DNA of 63,914 nt, the filler included, from Polymyxa betae A26-41 (taxonomy: Eukaryota; Protista; Endomyxa: Phytomyxea), in NCBI GenBank assembly GCA_003693705.1. It is 5 parts of 5 records of this genome, joined end to end, with 100 filler letters (N's around TTAATTAATTAA, not from the genome) between each part and the next. Parts side by side here need not be neighbours in the genome. Positions count along the whole stretch, not along the records: positions 20,825 to 41,657 come from RBZT01000698.1; 4 more parts are not named here. One strand, 5' to 3'. Within the stretch, counting starts at the first letter, position 1, and the number at the start of each line of letters is the position of its first letter. Position numbers and translations under genes: made by a program. Positions 26,112-38,950 of this stretch are shown here, piece after piece. Under the pieces are notes generated by a model. That model did not search any database and had not been told where the DNA came from. It worked only from the letters and a program-made list of their open reading frames with translations.

Positions 26112-26528
26112 TGTTTGGCAGATGGAGGAGTCGAAAATTGTCAGAAAGTGAGAGCGTTAGTTGTTTTTATCACGGAAGTGAAAGAAAGGTGAGATTGATC
26201 CTCAAAGCCAGTTCTCCCTACCGCGCCCCTTCGCCGTCGAGAATTAACTGTGTCAATGTTCATCATGCTGTCGCGATGTTTCTGAAATGCAGAATCATGA
26301 AGTGGCTTTTGAAAAGTCTGCGGCCATTATGTTGGTAGGACAATTGACTATCTTGATCTGGTAACCTAGAACGTTTTCCCGCATATAATGATATCGGATG
26401 TCAATGTGCTTTGTTCGCGATCGTGTGCATTTGGTCTTCCCGAGAAACGTCGCCCTTTGCTTGCCTTGATTCAATGCAGAACATTTATTGGTAAAAACGC
26501 TCAGCTCAACAATATAGGTTGTAGCCAT
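26112..26528 (-). mobile_element. Copia RNase H C-terminus plus degraded 3' LTR
   Basis: RTKHIDIRYHYMRE...CPTNIMAADFSK, then a purine tract and a segment ending ...CCAAACA. Confidence 0.7.
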
Positions 26529-26795
26529 ATGAACTCGGCTTCCGTAGTTGATAAGCTTAATGCTTTTTGCTGACCGTTTTCCCAGAAGATGCAGTCTCCT
26601 GTATCATGAAAATCCATCCACTGGGCGATTCAATCACTTGTATCGCCATCATAAAAACTATAAGCCCTGCCTTGAGGACTGTTTTAGTTGTGTTGAGGTA
26701 TTTGATAATGCTCTAAACTGTTCTCCTACTGTACACACTGTCACCTGCTGCTCTGATTAACAACTGAATCAAGAATCTCGACAAAAAAAATTCAA

Positions 26796-26866
26796 TGCGC
26801 CATCCGGGAATCGAACCCGGACCAACTCGTTGGCAACGAGCTATTGTACCATTCAACCAATGGCGC
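26796..26866 (-). tRNA. tRNA-Gly(GCC)
   Basis: GCGCCATTGGTTGAATGGTA...TTGCCAA...GGTTCGATTCCC...TGGCGCA, with a T8 terminator downstream. Confidence 0.95.
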
Positions 26867-27783
26867 TTCTCCTTGTTTCTTTCCATTTTGTATTTTATTG
26901 CTACCGATGCAGAGTGCGTTTCTACTGGTGCGCGTCGGCCTAAAATGCCAGTAGCGCTACTCAAGGGATCTAACAGAATACCAACTCCTGATGCAATGAA
27001 ATTTTCAGCATGATTTCCAAAGTTCTGATAACTATGCCCTTGGAATATAATCAGAGAATGTCTGAAGATGCGAAAAGGCGCTAATGTTTCCGATAACAGT
27101 ATCAGCCTTGGGCTCGCTTCAGTCGCTTGACTGCTGTCTCCACTTCTATCTCACCAGTGGTCAATTCAATCAGGCCAGCATTGAGCTCGTTAACAGATTC
27201 TTGCAATGTGATCCGAAGAATTTGTTGACTGGCTTTTTTTAACGCAACATCCCCAGTAGAATGTAAAGTCAGCCCTATCTAAGAGAAGAGATCCGTATTG
27301 CGACAATCTTACGAGAATGTTCGTCAGTGAGAGCCAGCTAGTGTTGCTATCTATTCCTGAACTTTCTGCTCTCAAATGTCGATCAAAAATCTGGACCTGA
27401 TTGCTGCGAGAGTGAAAGGAGACCTTGCCAGGAACTATTTTCAAAGCATCGTCACTCTTCACTGTAGTATTTCCATAGCAGATTGAAGGCCCAAATTATG
27501 ACAGACAGTTTTACAACCATATTCTCATCAAATTCAAGTTAGAATGATATTTGGCTTCTTACAAATTTTAGCACTTAAACAAAATATTCCTCAATTTTTT
27601 ATTGTTTTCAATTCGGCTCTTAACATCAAGGAAGATATCTTGTGATACTGGTTATTCCATTATTTTAGGAAAGGAAGGGTCATAGCCCATTGGTATCTCT
27701 CTGGGAGAGGGGATTAATCACGCAGAAAAGTGTCTCTCAACCAAGTCCGAAAATGCCGAACCGTCTCATTTCCATGGTCGATT

Positions 27784-28179
27784 ATGTGGTCGATTATGCG
27801 ATCCCGGCTGCTCTCACTCCTGTTGCCCTGCTGCACCAGTAACGTTACCGCCCATCATCATGCCAGCACAGCAACGTTACACAGTCCTTCACTGAGGCCG
27901 ACCGGGCTTCCTGTACCGGCCCCGCCGGAGCTGCAACTGGAGCCCGTAACGAAGCCACGGCTCTACGCCGAACGCCGCAATGATCCGAAATACTCATCGT
28001 TCAACGCCGTACTGGCCGAGCTCATGGCATGGTTCGGTAGCCACAGGTATCAGCGATTGAGGGAGATTGCCTCGGAGTCCGAATCGGACTCCGAATTGCA
28101 ATCAGGCTGTAGTGATGAAGACGGGAATCGTGTCGAATGTGAAAGCGATGAAGATAGCCAAGCTGCTTTAATATCATGA
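27784..28179 (+). CDS. Small hypothetical protein, possible signal peptide and acidic tail
   Basis: MRSRLLSLLLPCCTSNVTA start, Pro-rich linker, SESESDSE...ESDEDS tail; GC-rich coding-like composition. Confidence 0.4.
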   Translation: MWSIMRSRLLSLLLPCCTSNVTAHHHASTATLHSPSLRPTGLPVPAPPELQLEPVTKPRLYAERRNDPKYSSFNAVLAELMAWFGSHRYQRLREIASESESDSELQSGCSDEDGNRVECESDEDSQAALIS

Positions 28180-28706
28180 CACGCACAACGAAGGCCCAGG
28201 TTTCGATTATCCAGATAAGCGGCGAGAAATATTGCAAAATAATTGTTTTCTATTATAGTATGCGGTCGTCCTAACGATGATAAAACTTATAAGCGACGTA
28301 AATTTGCCTGTCAGGTCGTAACTGTAGGCGATTATGTCGTCAATGGCCCAGGGCTGATTCAGGATTCTATTTTCAATAGAATCGATTATATGGTGGTGGA
28401 AAGCGAATCAACTCTGTCTCGGAACATTGATGGGATTGATAGAATGCGATCATTTGGCCTATCATTCTGAAGAGAGCAAACTCTAGCCAGTGATACATAT
28501 CTAGAATGTCTAATGGTAATCTCACAGCTGAATTGATTGGCACTGAGAAGTCGTGGATGCTGTGAAGGAACAAATCGTCATCAAAAGCTTTTCAGAGGTT
28601 GCTGAGATGAAAGTTTGCTAATTGAAGAAATCTCCCATAGAGATAGCAGACTTTTTTAGACTTAGAGTCACTGCTTTGTTCGCACTACAAAACTCTAAAC
28701 AGCATC

Positions 28707-28778
28707 GGAGGATTGGCCCAGGGGCAAGGCGTGGGATTCCAGACCCCAAGATCGGCGGTTCGATTCCGTCATCCTTCA
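28707..28778 (+). tRNA. tRNA-Trp(CCA), atypical
   Basis: Paired acceptor and T stems, GGTTCGATTCC B-box, anticodon loop TTCCAGA, T7 terminator. Mismatches at C13:A22 and A31:C39. Confidence 0.85.
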
Positions 28779-30752
28779 ATTGTTTTTTTCGTTCGCGAGA
28801 ACGCTTTTGCAATCATTAAATTAGGTTTTGCAACCTGGCCATTATATTATTTAGCGATCTGGCTGCATTTTGAAGAAAAATCGAAGAATCATGCTGACTC
28901 AAACGTTGCCGCAAAATCCATTGGATTCTTCATCTAAAAACGAAAAATTGTTTAAAGATTTAAACTGAAGTGAGGATAGGCCAGAAATCACTCTATCGGG
29001 AACGCAAACTGAGCAGTTTCCTTATTGTTTGTCTCCAGGACTAGAGAATGCTACAGAATCTGTCTATGCAGTAACGATACACCACGGTCGGACGAATTCA
29101 TCAGGATTTTTGTTACAGAACACTGGCTCAGACAACTCCGCCTCCGATTTCCATTTGGATTTGTTGGAGCAATATTCGATTATATCCAGACTCGTTTCAT
29201 TGATTTCCTCCCAATTGGTTTCCTTCTTTAACGTCAGACCGTTCGCTTTCGCAGGTCTGTTTAGTGGTCTACGAATTTGGATGGGAGTAACCATTGCTCC
29301 TGAGAATGCTTCATCGATGTCGCAAGAAAATGCATTACGCTGGAATCGGGAAAGACATTATTAGATCTGCAATAGAGAGCTACGATTTTGAAGGCGTGAG
29401 AGCAATCGGTTCAAATTGACCAGTGTCGGTGTATTGAATCACGAAGTCCGAGGAATCAGGTCTGGACCTGAAAGAACTTGCCCTGAAGACTTTCCAAACA
29501 CGCCCCGTCAGCTAGCACTTGGTAAACATGTTAACTGGAAGATTTTGGGAGAAGTTGAAGGACTGAATAAGGGATCATGATAGAATTTACGGGAAAGAAC
29601 ACAAAATGAAAATCATTTTACAGATTCCTCGGTAATAAGATCGTATAACAGTATCTGATCTGTCCAGTATTATTGAGTTCCTAGATTTTGAGATCAAATC
29701 CGCATAAGACGAGAGGCACAACGTTGGTAAACGATAGACGATATCTTCTCACAGAATTGAATAGAGAGATCATGACTGAAAAGGGTCGAGTCTGCCTACT
29801 GTTCGCTGCAGACTGTCGTCTCAGTCGCAGATTGACGATCAAAGCCTGCAAGGATCATATAGCTCAAATTGTTAGGTGTTCGCAAAGATGGAGACATCTT
29901 CAAATTCTGGAACTGTAAGAGCAAGAGATCTTGAACATTTCGCTGATAAAAGAAGGCGAAGCTTGCCACTGGTCCCCAGAGAATTCACATAGGGTATCCA
30001 TCGTTCGACAAATTAGAGATAGTAACTGCTCTCGCTTTTTCATAAGTTCCTCAATGTGGAAACATTTTAGGTGCATATGCTGGCATTTGCCTTTACCTAG
30101 GCTGCTGGTGGTTTACTGGATGTGGTTGGTATCTATCGACTGAAGCAGAAGTCCAAACATGGAATATGAATGGGAATCTCAGACCGCAATAACCTATTGC
30201 TATTGCAAATTCGCTGGATTGAACAGCCACTCGACAACGGCAGGTTTTCTGCTTTGTTTTTGTCGGCAAGCCAAGATTATGAACGTAATTCACAGTTCTT
30301 GGAGTCTTTAATTGAAATGCCCAGTATAGTCATTACTGTAACCGTTTAATGCATCTTTGAGCTAAATATCCCAGAATTTACTCTAAAGACCTTCGTGAGG
30401 CGTTCTATCAAAAGACGGGTTTACGTCTCCCTCTACTTGTAGCTACGCACGAGCAAATGATCCTGCAATCAGAAAATTGATACCTTCCAAACGATATCTT
30501 TCACAAATCAGCTCTCTGATATGAAGACAACTTCTAATTGCTATCTGACTCCATGAAGACTAGGAAATGTAATGACAGGAATCTATCAGTCAATTGACAG
30601 AAAACAGAATCAAACTTGAAAAAACATTGCAGAAATTTCTAGGATGAAGTTAATTCTTTACCATCTTGTATTGAATATATTCGCGAAAAACAGTGGTACG
30701 GCTAAAACCAGCATACGGGTGAAGCCCGGAAATGACGCCGACATAACGATTA

Positions 30753-31310
30753 TTATTCAGAATCAGCCAGATCCGGATATTCGGCACTAAATCGGGCCCA
30801 TTCCCGCTCATATCGGGCCTTGTCAGTCTCGGCCCGCTGGGCGTACCGACCCTTGCACTCTTCGTCTAATTGCCGCCATTCTTCACCTAGCAGCTTGGCG
30901 ATATCACCGGCCATAATTAACCCAGGATTATCCGCCTTGATCGCTTCGCGACGATCGTTCGAGAACAACGTGAATGCCGACATCGCCTTCTTGGGTGGGC
31001 GCGGCCTCGATTCCAGCTCGCGGTCGTACCGCTCCCGATCGGCCTCTGCCATCTTGACGAACGGGGCCTTCTCGGCATCGTCTAAGATGGCCCATTTCTG
31101 TCCCAGAATACGTCCGAGCTCGGCGAATTGTAGGCCGGGATTCTCCTTCTTCAGCTTGGGTCTCTCATCTTGGCCCCAGAAGATGAAAGCCGACAGGGGG
31201 CGTTTCGGGGCGCCCGACCCGGACTTTTTCTTCCCGGTCTTGTTCTTGCGGATGGTCTTGGAGACCTTGGCGGGCGCGCCGCCGTTCAGGTCTGCGACGG
31301 GAGAGGACAT
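30753..31310 (-). CDS. HMGB/Nhp6-type protein with two HMG boxes
   Basis: APKRPLSAFIFW...ELGRILGQKW...ADRERY and PPKKAMSAFTLF...AKLLGEEW...DKARY; basic N-tail; intronless 185 aa. Confidence 0.95.
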   Translation of the reverse strand: MSSPVADLNGGAPAKVSKTIRKNKTGKKKSGSGAPKRPLSAFIFWGQDERPKLKKENPGLQFAELGRILGQKWAILDDAEKAPFVKMAEADRERYDRELESRPRPPKKAMSAFTLFSNDRREAIKADNPGLIMAGDIAKLLGEEWRQLDEECKGRYAQRAETDKARYEREWARFSAEYPDLADSE

Positions 31311-31372
31311 GACGTGAAGATAGGGAGGGACGAATCGCCTCTCTCTCTCTAATCTCGATATAATGCGTGGCC

Positions 31373-31519
31373 GCGCAGATTTTCCCCGGCTGTGGCGCGG
31401 ACTCCCGTCATTTCCACCATCCCCTTGGGCGCACTTTTCAGAAAATCGCCGCAGATTTTGGAGAGATTTCGAAAGACAAAATCTGCGCAGGAGAAATTCC
31501 CTGGAGACAAAATCTGCGC
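31373..31519. promoter_or_regulatory. Four copies of AAAATCTGCG(C) upstream of the HMG gene
   Basis: GCGCAGATTTT (31373), CGCAGATTTTG (31450), AGACAAAATCTGCGC (31474 and 31505). Confidence 0.45.
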
Positions 31520-34500
31520 TGTCGCAGGTTTTTCCATAGAGTCATAGACGCAACATTTTCAGGAAGTGCGCATGTCAGCAGTTAAAGGTCTCTTGTGAAG
31601 TCTCCGATTAGCTGAGTCGACCGCATTTGGCCGTTTTCTAATTGGTTCACTCCAATTCGAAATCAAGAATTCGCTTAGCGAGCAGCGCTATGCAAGTTAT
31701 TTCAGTCTTATCCAGATTGACGAAGGGCTACGATTTAGATTAAACTTGGCGGGGCCCTATCGGGTACCTCATGCTATCATCGAATTTTTGGACTCTCACA
31801 CTCCTCCATGAGGCATCGGAGCTGTGAATATCGTGACCACCATGATTTCATGATCGGTAGGGATTGCATGATTCCACTCAGCTGTTGATCTAATAAATCA
31901 TAGTTTCGCTTAGCCTCAATTGCAAGCTTTTGGGCCACTCTAAAGGAGCAGTTTTCTCAATGATCTAATGGTAACAGGCAGTTGGATTAAGAAAAGAGCT
32001 ACCGTATGAAAGCTGGCAATCCTTAGCAACCACCAGCAGCTTGGCGTAGATAAGAGTCATTAAACGTTTGAATGGAAGCAATTAGGTTTGCTTTTCGCGA
32101 TCAAACCGCGATCAGAAGAATTCACAATTTTTGGGCTCTCAAGAAAGATTGCCGTTACAATATAACTTTTGCGATGATAGTTAGCAAGTGGTCGCCGTGG
32201 ATGTGATTCAAACGAAGAATGCAAAATCACTGCTCCTACGATTGTGAATTTTTGGACATGCAAGCGTCATAATTCGGAATGTTTCCAAGTGTAAATCAGA
32301 ATCACGGTTTCAGTGATGCACCGATCAGAGTCGACGAGGCTACAAAGGCAGAATTTCGCAGATACATTGGACAGCTCTTGCATCCAGCAAAGCCCATCGT
32401 TTGGTATTCTTTTTATGAGAAACGCCGGAGGTTTATAAACACAATCTGCTTGCATCAGTATTTTGCAAGTGATATTTTGTCATTATACAGAAAAATATCT
32501 TATGATGAGAAGAAGTAAAACAAGCTATCAAACCCAACGACACCATCGGTCTACTGAAAGTCCTCATATCTGATGATAAGCAGCTCTGGTAATGCATTGT
32601 GGGCTGAGAAACAATTTTCCAAAAAATTTCGTGATTTTACTGAGGCATCCTCTTCCTGTTTACAGAATCACATCGGCTTGTAGACTTCGTTGAATTAATC
32701 CTCTCCTGAGCTGATTCGTCATGGCACTCGGAACCTTTTGCTATCGTGACGATTGTCTCTCACTGGCCGGGGGCCGTCCAGAAAGCTCAACTCCGTCGTT
32801 TACAGGTCTTGTCCATAGGCCTCTTCAATCTGATCCCAATCTCGGTGTCCGGACTTGTCACCCTCGGACGCAGGTTCCAATTTCATAAATCTTTTCGAAA
32901 ATTATTGAGATTCTGTGTTTTCCGCCTTTTATGTTTCTGTTTGTTTAACTTTTGATGCCGCCAAGGTGCCGGAAGTCCAACAACGTGATACAATGGACTA
33001 CAGCGCCTCGGAAATAGAATCTCATGCAACCGATTATGAGAGATACGATCACTTTAAAGTTTATTGTGGAAACGAAATCCGCTGCGCTTGGTAACATGAT
33101 CATACAAGGAAGAAGATCATAACGTTACCGTCAGGTCATCCGGTTCGGCAGAAACGAATTTCCCAGAGAGCACAAACGCAATGATCCGCAACCTGTTCGG
33201 GAGTGGATCCAACACAGCGGACATCGTGACTTTAAATCAGGTAACAGCTCGGGGTCACGTTACAGATAGATCTTGCCCATATCTGTCACAGCCTCGACAG
33301 TTCGCCACCGGTTTACTAAGCCGATCCGAACTTTTGCCTTATTTCCAGAGATTCCGAAATTCTTATTCCTGATTTTTTTTTTAAATTTTGCAGGAATAAA
33401 AAAAAATAATTCTGGAATATTTAGGTAGGAATGTATTATTCTTGATTTTAATAATGTGCTCCGGAATAAAGAACTAATTCCTAAAAAGTCTAAAGCGTTA
33501 TTCTGTACGGCAAGAGCGCATCGAAGATAGTTTTCCTGTCGATTTGCAGCTATCGCCTGTCGATAAAGCCAGTGTTCAGTCGCTGTTAAAAAATTAGGCC
33601 AATTTCAGGACAGTACCAACTACCAAGTTCCTGCAGTTGGAAGGGAGGCAAATGGTCGACAAATCGATCGAATTTTTTTCGATTGCTATGAGCAGCACTG
33701 CTCTGCAGACTCTGAAATTGCGTGCGACTCTATCATCGAACAAGCAGTTTGCAAGACATACGCCATCGGATTCTCAGTGATCCCCAGAAACCATCGATTC
33801 AGGAAGCCAAACTGTTATTCATTTGATTGTCGAGCAGCAGCCACAGATGTTGCCGCACGACGATGCCAATGATTCAAGTGTTGATGAAATGACATCCATT
33901 TTACAAAATGTCAAAAGTCCCAAAATTTACTTGGCAATGTATCGACTTGCCATTCGAGTCCTACACGCAATTGTCGTGCTCCAAAGAGCGGCAGCAGCAG
34001 CAGCAGCCGCGGAAGTAAAGTGCTGAATTGTCATTTTTACAGAAACACAAAACCACCCTTTGACCCGAACCCGACCCCACTTTTCCGGGCATGTCGGGCC
34101 GGGTTGGTATCCGATTATTCGATGATTAAAACCCGCATTCACAAAATAATCTATTCTCAGTTTCTCACCCGTTTCATTTCTGCCCCCTCACCTTCTCTTC
34201 CCTCCCAGCATTGTTAGAAAAACCATCGAGTTGCCAAGCTGCATTTCCAAGCTTTTCTTGTAAATGCCTATAATCTCCAACCATCCAGGAGAAGATGATA
34301 GCAATGCGTCCAGTTGCTCCATCAAACACCTTGTGTTGGAGTTACTCAAGCCAACATTTGCATCGCTGAAGTTGTCTCTCAGGAGTACCAAACCCCCTTC
34401 ATACTCCGTCACCATTTCTCCATTACGAGTGTATTAACTGCCATCAGATTCATTCTCCTAAGTTCTCAACACGAGCTGAGACATACAATATGACAGACCA

Positions 34501-34783
34501 CGAACTGGATGAACGACTTTTTCAGATGAACGACATGAGTTTAAATACATTGTTGAGACTTTGAAAGGTTGAATGATTAAACTGTTTTAGGAATCAGATT
34601 CTGCACATACCCACTCTTTGCTTGAGAGGGTTGCAAACGTTACCGAAATTATAGGCATCGGAATCGTAAATCATGGAACTTGTTTATACGCATTTTGAGG
34701 TGTTTGTGAATGCGGGACAATTTTGTCTGTTTTCTGCAAACTATTCGAATCGAATCGGAGGGAATCCAATTTCAATATGTTTT

Positions 34784-34986
34784 TGATGAAGTAGTCGAGA
34801 CTACGAAAACGGTGTGAACGCAGATGGAATGAAAACAGAGTGACTGTATTATATCGTGTACATCCGGGCCAGTACGCCCGGGCGACAGTAAAGATGAGCA
34901 GGAAATTAGCGCGAGTGCGCCGAGGACTGGACAGCATTGAGGTCGCCGAGGTGAGACGCGGCCTCCGACTCATCTCGCCCTCGACA
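34784..34986 (-). repeat. Copia 3' LTR
   Basis: Near-identical to 39531-39745 (about 4 substitutions plus 9-bp and 3-bp indels by eye). Confidence 0.95.
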
Positions 34987-36530
34987 CTCTCCCTCGATCG
35001 AAATGTTGTCTTGTGGATCTTGCGTTTCGCTCATATATGGGGAAATTTTGCGGGCAAAATCGATTGGTCCTAACGGCTTTGTAAAAGGATCTGCGAGCAT
35101 GTCCGCGGAAGAACAGGGCTGCGCCTTGATGATGCCGTCACGAGTCAGGTCGCGGAGAAATTGAATTCGAACTGCGAAATATTTAGTGCGCGCAGGTGTG
35201 CGATGTCCGTTGACCAGTTTCAGGCACCCTTGGTTATCTTCGGAAATAGAAACAGTAAAATCTTTGGAAATCAATTGCATGTCTTGGAAAATATTTTTGT
35301 GACAGATCGCCTCCTTAGCAGCGGAAGTCAAAGCGATGAGTTCAGCTTCAGTGGTTGAAGTTGCTGTTATTTGTTGTCTTTTTAAGGACCAGCTAACGGG
35401 ACCGTTAACTAGAAAAATTAATCCGGATGTAGAACGAGCGTCATGTGTAGTGCCGCCATAGTCCGCATCAGCATATCCGTGAAGTTCGTACTTTGTGTCC
35501 TTTTTGAAAACAATTCCGACCTTTGTAGAACCTTTCAAATATCTAAAAATACGTTTCAATGCCGAAATGTGACGTTCGGACGGAGTTTGAACAAATCTTG
35601 CTGCATAGTGTACCGCTTGTGCGATATCCGGACGCGTGCTGTTAGCGATGTAGAGAATACTGCCGACAGCTTCACGGTACGGAAAATTGTCCGGAGCAAG
35701 GTTAGAAAGTCCGTCTTGTTGAGATTTGGTAGATGGGGTTTTAACTGCGTTACAGTCGGACATATTGAATTTGTCGAGTAACTGGAGGATGTAGTGCTCT
35801 TGTGAAACAATAACGTCTCCATTTGGTTGGGAGAGAATTTTCCAACCTAAAAGATGCCGAACGTCACCGAGGATCTTGGTCTTCAGATTCTTCGACAGCT
35901 CGTCCTCGAACATGTTGACTGCATGAGATGATGTAGAAACAGTAATAATATCGTCGACGTATGTTGCGACAATTAGTTGCCCTTTTGGTATCGCCTTTCT
36001 GAAAAGACATTTATCAGAGCAGGAAACTGTGAAATCTTGCGAGAGTAGAATTTTGCAAAGATGCCAGTACCAGACTAATCCCGCCTGTTTAAGTCCGTAG
36101 ATGGCCTTGTTCAATTTACAGACGAGCTGGTGTCCATCAGGATCTTGTGATATAAATCCGTGTGGCTGCGTGATAAAGATCTCAGTGTCCAAGTCCGCGT
36201 TTAGATAAGCGGTGTCAACGTCTACATGATGAACGATGTAGCCCGCCGCCTTCAGACTGAGTAAAGTCCGGATAGTAGTTAATGAAGCAACGGGAGAAAA
36301 TGTTTCGTCGTAATCAACACCATAACGTTGGGAGAATCCTTGAGCGACTAGTCGAGCTTTGTAGCGTTGGAAAATCCACTTTGACTTAATAGCGGTACCG
36401 CCTTCCGGAAGTTTACATAAAGTCTAAGTACCGTTACGTTGTAGAGAATCGAATTCTTCTTGCATAGCCTTCTGCCAATTTTGGTTCTCAGCAGATTCCA
36501 TCGTGTCCTTGTATGTGGATGGTTCGATCG
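34987..36530 (-). pseudogene. Copia reverse transcriptase-RNase H
   Basis: EPSTY..A, RYKARLVAQGFSQ, DVDTAYL, LNKAIYGLKQAG, TYVDDI, GYADADYG, STTEAE, ADPFTKPL. Premature TAG at 36424 and a short deletion after KWIF. Confidence 0.95.
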
Positions 36531-37712
36531 CCAGTTGTGCGCGTTGAAACGTCCGGCTCGCTTGTTCAGTAGCAAAATCAGCGGGTTTGGATCGCACACG
36601 TGAGAGTTGGCGTAGTTTTGCGGACTCCGTAAGGTCCGTGAATGACCGACGTCGAGTCGATCGTTTCGAAGATATTCTTGATTTAGTCCGTGTCCTGGAT
36701 GCAGATGTTTCGGTATGATCATCTGTGGCAAGTTCTGAAGGTTCATATGGTTGCGATGGACAAACCTCCGAAGGTTCGTCATGTCCGGAGTTCTGCGGAG
36801 TTTCGACGGTGCCGTGCTGGTCCTCCACAGGTGAATGTGCGAGTCGAGCGTGCCATACGGAAGAAGATGCGGCGGTTGAATAAGCATTGTGAGCGGCCAC
36901 GGAGTTTATAACATAAAGTCCGTCCTTCAGTGAACCAGTCGCGACAATATGTCCGCCTTTGTATAGTTGACAGCCAGTGATGTCGAAAACTGCGCGGTCG
37001 ATGTCACCATCTTGGCAGGCTCGTCCGATAGAGAGCAGGTTCTGATGCGCATCGGGAACGCAAAGCACTTTGGAAAGTGCAAATTCGATGTTGGCCGGAC
37101 CGTATCCGGTGATGGGAATCGAGTCGCCATTCGCCATTGTGATGTGTTCGCCGGAAATGCCGTGAACGGGATGGATGGACGGACTGATTGAGGAGGTTGC
37201 GCCGGTGTCCACAATCCAAGATCCTTTAACGCGCGGAGCGTGTTGAGAAACAGAAAAGGCGTAGTTGGTAGAATGGGTGACTTTCCGGCGTCTTTTGTAT
37301 CGTTCGCGAGCTTCTCTGAAGAATCCGAAGTCGATTTGCATCGCTTTTCGAAGTGCCCTTTTTCATTGCAGGTCCTACAAACATGATTTAGTGCCCGACA
37401 TTCAGACATCTTGTGACCCTTAATGCCGCAATGTTTGCATTTTTCTTTGGACTTCTTTTTTTGCTTTGCGACATTCGCTGACTGCGGCTCGACAGGCCGT
37501 GGATTGTTTTTCGCGTAGCAGATCAAAGTTTGCTCGAGTACGTCATATGTCTTGCGATCATCAGGTCCGTACAGTAAGGTGTCCCGAAGAGCGTTCATCT
37601 TCGACGGCAGTTTCTGAATTACAGTTAGGAAGAGCTTAGAATCGGATACTGGGGCTCCGGAGTTCGTGAAGAGTCCGTCGTATGAGTCGGACATTGTCAA
37701 GAAACTCCATAA

Positions 37713-38950
37713 CACTGCTGATGTCGTAATATCTCCGACGCAGACTTCGACTTGTTGCAATTGTCCCTTCATCGCGTTGACGTAACCAGATTTATCGGTT
37801 GTTTTTTCAGAACTGAGCTTCCGCTCGGACAGCGCTGCAATCAGCTCCGCTTGTTCGGTGGCAGTCGGTTTCTGAGGGCAATCCTTGAGAGAATGGTCGC
37901 CCTTGCACTTCAAACATCCCGATTTGGGTGGCTTGCGCTCCTTCGACTCTTTTGACACCTCAGCTGTGGCATTACTCGATTGTCTATTGGAGCGTTGATT
38001 CTGGTTAGCCGTTCCCGAAGGAGAACGTAAAACCTGGGAAAAACCTGATCCGCTCTTTCCCGTAGAAGGACGGTTCGGCTTTGGGTCGTTCTTGCCGATA
38101 GCGGTGGTTTTCTTCCTAGCGACATGAAATTGTTCTTGATTGAGAGCATGCTTCTGGACAAGCTTGTAAAACGACGACACATTCGTCTTCTAATCACGGC
38201 TCGTAAACTTGATCTCCTTCTCAATGACGTCACGCAGAGATGTTGGTCGAATCGCAGCCAACAACTGTTTGACAGCTAGTTTCTCGCCATCTCCGCTGAA
38301 CACCTTGTCCAACCCGTGTGTATCGACCAGATCATCAAAATCCTGGAATAGCTTGAAAACACGAGCTTTAGGATCGGCGATCCCTAGGTCCATGACTAAT
38401 CCATTTTTGAACAACTCCTCAATATCCAAGATTCCGTCGTCAGCCGAGGCTTTGATCAGACCTTGCAGATACTCTAAAATGTCTTTGTCCGAAACAGTCG
38501 TGACGGTCTTGTCGCCAGGAATTTCGTACTTGCATAAGCTTTTCAGCAGACTCGCCTCTATGCTCGATTTTATCGACAGAGCGATGATCTTCTCGCCATG
38601 AGTGTTCTTTCTTTCCTCGACGAGGTTCTCGTACTGCGTACGCGAACGAAGGAAGGCAGCGACTTCCTTGACTTCGGTGCTTTTTAACCGAGGTGCCACA
38701 ATAGGCTGGAAAAGCGGCGCGCCCAGCCCAGACTCCTTGTCGTTGGCTTCGGCACCAGTCATCTCCCCTCAGTTGCGTCGGATTCGCTCGCTAGCTCACA
38801 CCGACGATTGCCAAAACGTTTTGTAGCAGGCTCACACTAGCTAGATATGTAAAAGCAGAAGTCATTTTATTTAGTAGGGTACTGTTGATCGACCCAAGAA
38901 AAAATAAAGATAGTCACAGCAAAAAATAAGAAAGAGATTTCATAAAAACT
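37713..38950 (-). mobile_element. Nested Gypsy-type gag fragment inside the Copia gag
   Basis: ORF 38190-38762 (APRLKS...FLRSRTQYE...DPKARVFKLFQDF) and knuckle GCLKCKGDHSLKDCP. Ends at TTSAVL, where a protease D-[ST]-G motif would be expected. Confidence 0.7.

Noticed and set aside
29064-29130. Kringle-like motif FCNKNPDEFVRPWC
   Set aside because: Only the C-terminal half resembles CRNPD..PWC; the upstream cysteines and exon structure cannot be established.
18578-36426. In-frame TAG codons in Gypsy and Copia pol as evidence for TAG recoding
   Set aside because: They replace different expected residues (probably Leu and Trp) in elements with other lesions, which fits ordinary decay.
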